Shown here piece after piece: positions 56,001 to 64,000 of a stretch of DNA of 64,000 nt (position 1 is its first letter; every line of letters begins with the position of its first letter). Location of the stretch: assembly GCF_009914755.1 (NCBI RefSeq), contig NC_060929.1; one strand, written 5' to 3'. A program made the position numbers and the translations under genes. This DNA comes from the human T2T-CHM13v2.0 reference genome, Homo sapiens. A model generated the notes under the pieces. It was not told where the DNA came from. It did not search any database and saw only the letters and a program-made list of their open reading frames with translations.

Positions 56001-57599
56001 CATAAACATGTTTTTATCTATTAATAACTTCATTTTCCAAAACGCTCTACTTTATATGAGACGATTCTTGATGGAAATACCATTTGCTTCTAGGCTCGTT
56101 GCTTAAACATAAAGTTAAAAATCTTTGTATGACACATAAAATTGTGGTGACTGCTTAACTTTGCAACTATAGTGCTCCTGAAATGCTCATTTAACCAGTC
56201 TGTGTTCCAGACCTACAGAACTTAGATGGTGCTAAAATTGCGCAAAAATTGTGTATTTCTTCTACAACTAACTTCTGATAAAAAGGGGGCAGAGAAGGTT
56301 AACTCTCTCCCCCTTTAGCTTTATTTGCTTAGTGAATTTCTACAAAACATAATTTAAGTGCTATATTTTTCCAAGGTTTTAATAAGGAAATAAAAACCGC
56401 AATAGGTATCTTAAGCAGAAAGTGCATTTCATACATATACAATAGGAAGGGCTAAAATAACTAAAGTAGCTGTGGCATGGAGGAAGGTTTTGAGTTCTTG
56501 AATTCAAAGGCACGCAATCATTTCTGCAATCCTGGGTCAAAAAGATGCTCCTGCTATTAAAACTTTAAGCCTCTTATGCCCATGAAACTGGGGATTAGGC
56601 ACAAGGATATTGAATCCTACCACTTCCACTACTTCTGAACTATTGTCCCCATGATTTCACTTGCCAGAATCAACAATAGCAAGACAGGCTTTGATCTCTT
56701 CCATTTTTCTAAGTCTGATTCATATGCAAACAATCGGTAAGTGGTCTAAGCTGCATTCATAAAGCTAGCTCAAGGGAAGCTGCATTGCTTGTTTTCTTTT
56801 GTTTTAGTTTTCTAACCTCTTCAAAGAGTGGAACGAAAGTTGAGGAAACCTGTCCAACAGTCTACCACACACCTTCCATGAAAGGTTCCCCAACACCTCC
56901 AACAAAATAATGTAAACACATGCTGGAACCTGTATTACTCTCGCACCATAACACTTCCCACACTTCCCACGATACTTTTTCTCTTCATGGGAATATCCTT
57001 CCAAAACATGCTGATATCTCCTAAGCATTATTCATCTGTCGAATTTTCCCACCTATTGTAAGGTCTTCCAATTGTTAGGTTCTTAATAAATATATTTTAA
57101 ATTATTAAAATTCTGAACTAATGGGTAATCAACTGTACAACCCGAATTGCTGATTTGCATACAGCTGAAGTCCCTCCTCAAAACTTCTGTAATACATGAA
57201 ACTTAGGCAAATGGTTGGGTCATTACCATATATTACTTTATATTTTTATTTATCAGTATATGTGATTACAGTTATGCTTATGTTAATTGATATGTATATG
57301 TACATTGTATTATTCTGTTACATAGCACAGCATTTTGTACTCAAAAAGTGACCAATAATAATAAGCTACATACTTTGGGAAGCATTGCAGGCTAGTCGTA
57401 CAGTTTTGTTTTGTTTTTTTCCCTGCAGCCTGACAACCTTTTTAGTCATTCACTAAACCTCTCTCAGCTTCAGTTTCTTCATCTGCAACATATAGCAAAT
57501 AATAAAACTTAACTCAGATGGTTCTAGTGTGAAATAATACAGAGTAAATGTGCCACCAAATACAAACCAATGGCTTGATTGACATAACTCACTGCTAAT

Positions 57600-59365
<1,766 letters not shown>

Positions 59366-59951
59366 TTGCCTTCTGTACTTACTTTAGCCCAGTTATTGTT
59401 AGGTTCAACATTCAGCACTTTACTCAAATTTTCTATAGCTTTCTGGACCTTTTTTTGATATTTATATATAGTAGTGTGGCACAGAAGTGCTAATATTTAC
59501 CAAAATAAAAGTTATATTTTTAATTAAAAATTAATTAAAAGGTTGTAGAATCTCAGGATGGAATGCAGACTGTTACAAATTTATCTAGCTCTATTATGAA
59601 CCATACAAAATAACTTCAGTGAGGGACTTAAGGGAAAGGGTGCTAGTCAAAGTGATATTGAAAATGAGTGCAGTCTCTTAAGATGAAAGGCAAAAGAAAC
59701 TTGTACGAAGGCATTTAATTTAGTTGATAAAGATGTTCTTCTACTAAGGGCAGGTTATCAATTCTGGTACAGCTATATACATATACTGGAAGTGAACAAT
59801 TAACTAAATAGATGTCACAAAGTAAGAGTCAGGATTTTTATTGTTGGAGTGGGGGTTTAGAGATACAGGAAGGCATTGATGCTTGCGGGACTAGGTTAGA
59901 GGTAGTGACATCAGTAAGAACCCATGTTTAGCTTAATATAGACATAGATGG

Positions 59952-60334
59952 TGATATGGTTTACATTTTGTCCCCTCTCAAACCTCTCGTCCAATTGTAA
60001 TCGCCAGTGTTGAAGGAGGGGTCTAGTGGGAGGGGATTGGATTATGGGGGCAGATTTCCTCCTTGCTGTTCTTGTGATAATGACTTAGTTCTCACACAAT
60101 CTGGTTGTTTAAAAGTGTGTAGCATCTCCCCCTTAGTTCTCTTCCTCCTTCTCCAGCCATGTAAGATGTGCCTGCTTCCTCTTTGCCTTCTGCTATGACT
60201 GTACGTTTTCTGAGGCTTCCCCATCCTTGCTTCCTGTACAGCCTGTGCAACTGTGAGGCAATTAAAGCTCTTTTCTTTATAAATTACCTAGGATCAGGTA
60301 GTTCTTTATAACAATGGGATAATGGACTAATATA
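59952..60334 (+). mobile_element. MST (MSTA-like) MaLR solo LTR
   Basis: tgatatggttt...tctggttgtttaaaagtgtgtagca...ATTAAA...ggactaatata. Confidence 0.85.
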
Positions 60335-62374
60335 GATGTTTACATATAGAAATATTTAAAGATATGTGTCTACATATGTGTAAGAATATACACATTGTTT
60401 CTTTGCTCTCTCATCTTAGAGAGCTATGAAAAAATTGATACTCCCTTAGCTACAGGCACAGCTAGCACTTAAATATTGATTTCATATATAGAAAGCAGGG
60501 CGTCTTTGAAAGTGGCTGATTCTAAGAATGGGGAAGAAAATACACAAGATGAGCCTGGGACATCCTCTAGTGCCAGAAATTATGAAAATACTAACAAAAA
60601 TCTATTTGTGAGATATGTCAAACAAGCACAGGGGCCAGGTGAAAGGTCTTTCAATTTCTAGAATAATTTTAGCAACACAATACATTAATTGGTAGTATAT
60701 TTGGATTATACCCAAAAATGTAATTTTCCTTAGTCCATATTGATATCAATAAATGACTGAATAAACAAATGAATGAGATAAAAGAGGTAAATCTCCTCTG
60801 CAAATAATTTACATATGTATTCCAACTAAAGGAAGTCAGCTCTTAAAGACATCTTAAGCAATACTGCAACTGAATTAGCTTTCCAAAGATACTGTCACAA
60901 TTCATCTATTCCAAGACCTATACATTTCATATTTTAATATCTCCTGAAAATATAATGCATTTTACAATTCAGTGGTATGTCTTAGTTTAATTAGCCACAA
61001 TGCGAATTACTTGCTTAACGGGACATAAAATAGTGCATTATACAATCTATGGGCTCTTGGACTCAAGAAAATACGATAGAAAGGAGTTTATGTTAGAGTC
61101 TGCGCACTGACTAAAGATCAGAGCAGAAAGCAGATTCTAGGAACAGTCACATTTGTGGCAGTCACTGGTCTCGGCATGCAACAAAATTCAAAGTAAATAG
61201 TGGTAAGGTGGGAAATGGACAAAGCTATGTAGCTAGAATCAGAAGTCCTTGAAATCAAAACATCAAGATTCAAACTATTTAGGGGCAGTGGGGCTGACGT
61301 GGTGACCGTGGGCCTGATCAGATAAAACCTTTACAAAGAAACAGTAGCTCTCAGACTCACCTCCTGAGACAGAGTTGTTCTGAGGGGAAAATGGGTAAGT
61401 TTCCACAGTAACATACAGTACTTAAACATACAGTAAGATACAGTACTTAAAGCCCTGACCTGTCCAGTTCCCAACACATCTTTCTTGATGGGCACCTAAA
61501 TGTCACCTTTTGGTTTTATTTTTGTGTTTTTCTCATCTAAGCTCGGAGAGCAAAGCCTGACAGGGTGAGCCCCCAAAGTGTGTTCATGTCTTAAGAGTGT
61601 CCAGAAGCCACCTAGGGAGTGTGCAAGTTTTTCATTTTCATGCCAGGGACAATGTCTCTCTTTATTGAGCTAATGGCAAGGTATGGGCCTCAGAATATGT
61701 ACAGTTTGAACATATTTGCATCTTCCCTTTAATTAACTGTGAAATCTGTGAGGCTAATGAGAAGAAAATTGATGGGTAGTCGGTGGAAGAATTTTTTTTT
61801 CATTGTCATATCTTCAACTTTCCTGGGGTATAATAAGAGATGCACAGTCAATTCAGTATACTTGAAATGTGTGATGTGGTCAAATTTGAGATATATATAT
61901 ATATATATATGTATATACTTTTGGAAATATCACTACATTCACAACCATCATTATGAAAAGTTTTCTTGTGCACCTCAGTAATCAGTCTCTCCCTCCATGC
62001 TGTCTCCAGGCAGCCATTTGATTTTCCATCAGGTAACATGAGTGAGAAGAAAATGTTTGTTGCAAGCTATTGAAATTTTGTGGTTGTTCACTTTTTAGAA
62101 ACTCTTTGGAATTTTCTTTCTCATATCTTTATTAACATATAAAGTGTCTGTCTGGCATACTTTCAGATAATGTAAATAATATACTCAGCAATTGTTTTGT
62201 GCTGGGCTTCCATTTAATCTTTCAAGATCATATGGATTTTTATAGCTTTATATGTTGTGTTTGGCATCTTAAGCTCACTATCTACCTACTGACTCTTAAA
62301 TCCCAAACTCTAAAGAGGTTCTGAAGATTCCAAACAATGGCTTGATAGCTTAAAGTAAAAAAAGCTCAGGATAA

Positions 62375-62706
<332 letters not shown>

Positions 62707-63527
62707 TTGAGAAAGTGCATTTAAGCTCCTTCCTAAATGAATGATTATTTAGTCTTGCAGTGTCCATAATTTCTTTAGGTCACTTACGGAAGTCTCAAAC
62801 TTGTCTGTAACACCTGATAATAACTTCCAGTACTATTCTAAAATGTAGATTTACTTTATCACATTTTCTTCTAACTTCTACTTGCCCCTGTTGTAACAAT
62901 CTTCATTCTTCTTTTGTACTTATATTTTCTCCTTTTAAAACTCAATATCTAGGTCCTCTCTTATAATTGTGCTTAAAATTCATCCTGCAGTAGTGTCAGA
63001 GCAGGGTTTCTCAAAGTCATTGTGGGGAACTATCGTGTACATTGTAAGATGATTAGCAACATCCCTAGCCTCGACCACCAGATGCCAGTAGCACACCCTC
63101 TCTTTCACAGTTTTTTTTTTTTTTTAATCAGAAATATCTGCGCACATTGACAAATGTCCACCGGATGGGAAGAAGAATGTGGGGTGTAAAATTCCCATTT
63201 TTGAGACCCACTTGCTTAGAATGTATTAAAGACCTATAATTGAAAATACCTTGGCAAAATCTCCCAAAATTGTCTCTCAAAATAACAGTATATACAGTGT
63301 AACATACACAACATCCTGTTATACTAATGAAAAAATCTAAGAAAAACTCTATAGGATGATATTTAGATATTACAGTCACTATATTAACTATTAGGATAAT
63401 GTGCCACTAATTCCCAATCGTCACTGCTTTCATGTAGTGCTTGCTCCATATTGTCTTAATGTTAATCCTTAACATACACAGCCTAACATATTTATTGATG
63501 TGAAAGTTTTTGTTTTATTTTCAACAA

Positions 63528-63742
63528 CACGGTCTCAACCAGGGGTGATTTTCACTACCAGGGACAATTTGTCAATGTTTAGAGACAATTTTAGTTTTTA
63601 CTGCTGTAGGTAGTGGAGTGTGCTATTCACATCCGGTAAGTTTAGGGCAGGAAAACTGGTAAACCTCCTATAATATGAGGCTAGAGCCCAGAACAAAATT
63701 ATCAGGTCCAAAAATGTCAATAGTATTGAAGGTGAGACAATT
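63528..63742 (+). mobile_element. MER20-like hAT DNA transposon
   Basis: tctcaaccaggggtgatttt...agggacaatttgtcaatgt...aaaatgtcaatagt. Confidence 0.7.
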
Positions 63743-64000
63743 TCTAGGGAGATATTACACCTTGATATTCTCATTTAATATGCTGGTAATGTAATCCAGC
63801 ATTTTTCCAAAAATGAGAATAGCCTGGTGGCCTTAAATGTCATTGTTTTACTCTTACTTACATTGGACTAAAGAATGAGATCAAATGCAGCTGAATAATT
63901 TGGATATTTAAAGCAATAACATTTTTCACTAACGCGCATAGGCTTAATGCCTGGGTGACAAAATAATCTGTATACCTATTTACCTATAGGTTTACCTATA

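Overview
Human (or great-ape) genomic DNA, recognisable as part of the 5q13 SMA segmental-duplication region. It is a mosaic of duplicons joined mostly inside Alu or LTR sequence. (1) ~1-23370: an Alu-dense, internally deleted and 3'-truncated NAIP copy on + (one 5'UTR exon and four coding exons covering the BIR2 end and BIR3, all splice sites intact). (2) ~23372-33913: duplicon A copy 1, with THE1 internal sequence, a truncated LTR, an intronless POM121-like ORF carrying a 4-unit in-frame ~810-bp array, and an AT-rich flank. (3) ~33914-40589: a GUSB pseudogene segment on - (exons 5, partial 6, 9, 10; the SMA3/4/5-type transcript). (4) ~40590-44668: old repeats and the 5' part of a near full-length THE1 element. 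(5) ~44669-51959: duplicon A copy 2, with the POM121-like ORF lacking the array. (6) ~51960-64000: AT-rich L1/MaLR/MER DNA with no recognisable gene. Best candidate for something undescribed: a copy-number-variable, frame-preserved POM121-like ORF with a de novo C-terminal hydrophobic tail, a sense LTR upstream, and a phase-compatible splice acceptor that could fuse NAIP BIR3 exons to it. Gene and repeat names come from recalled sequences, not from a database search.
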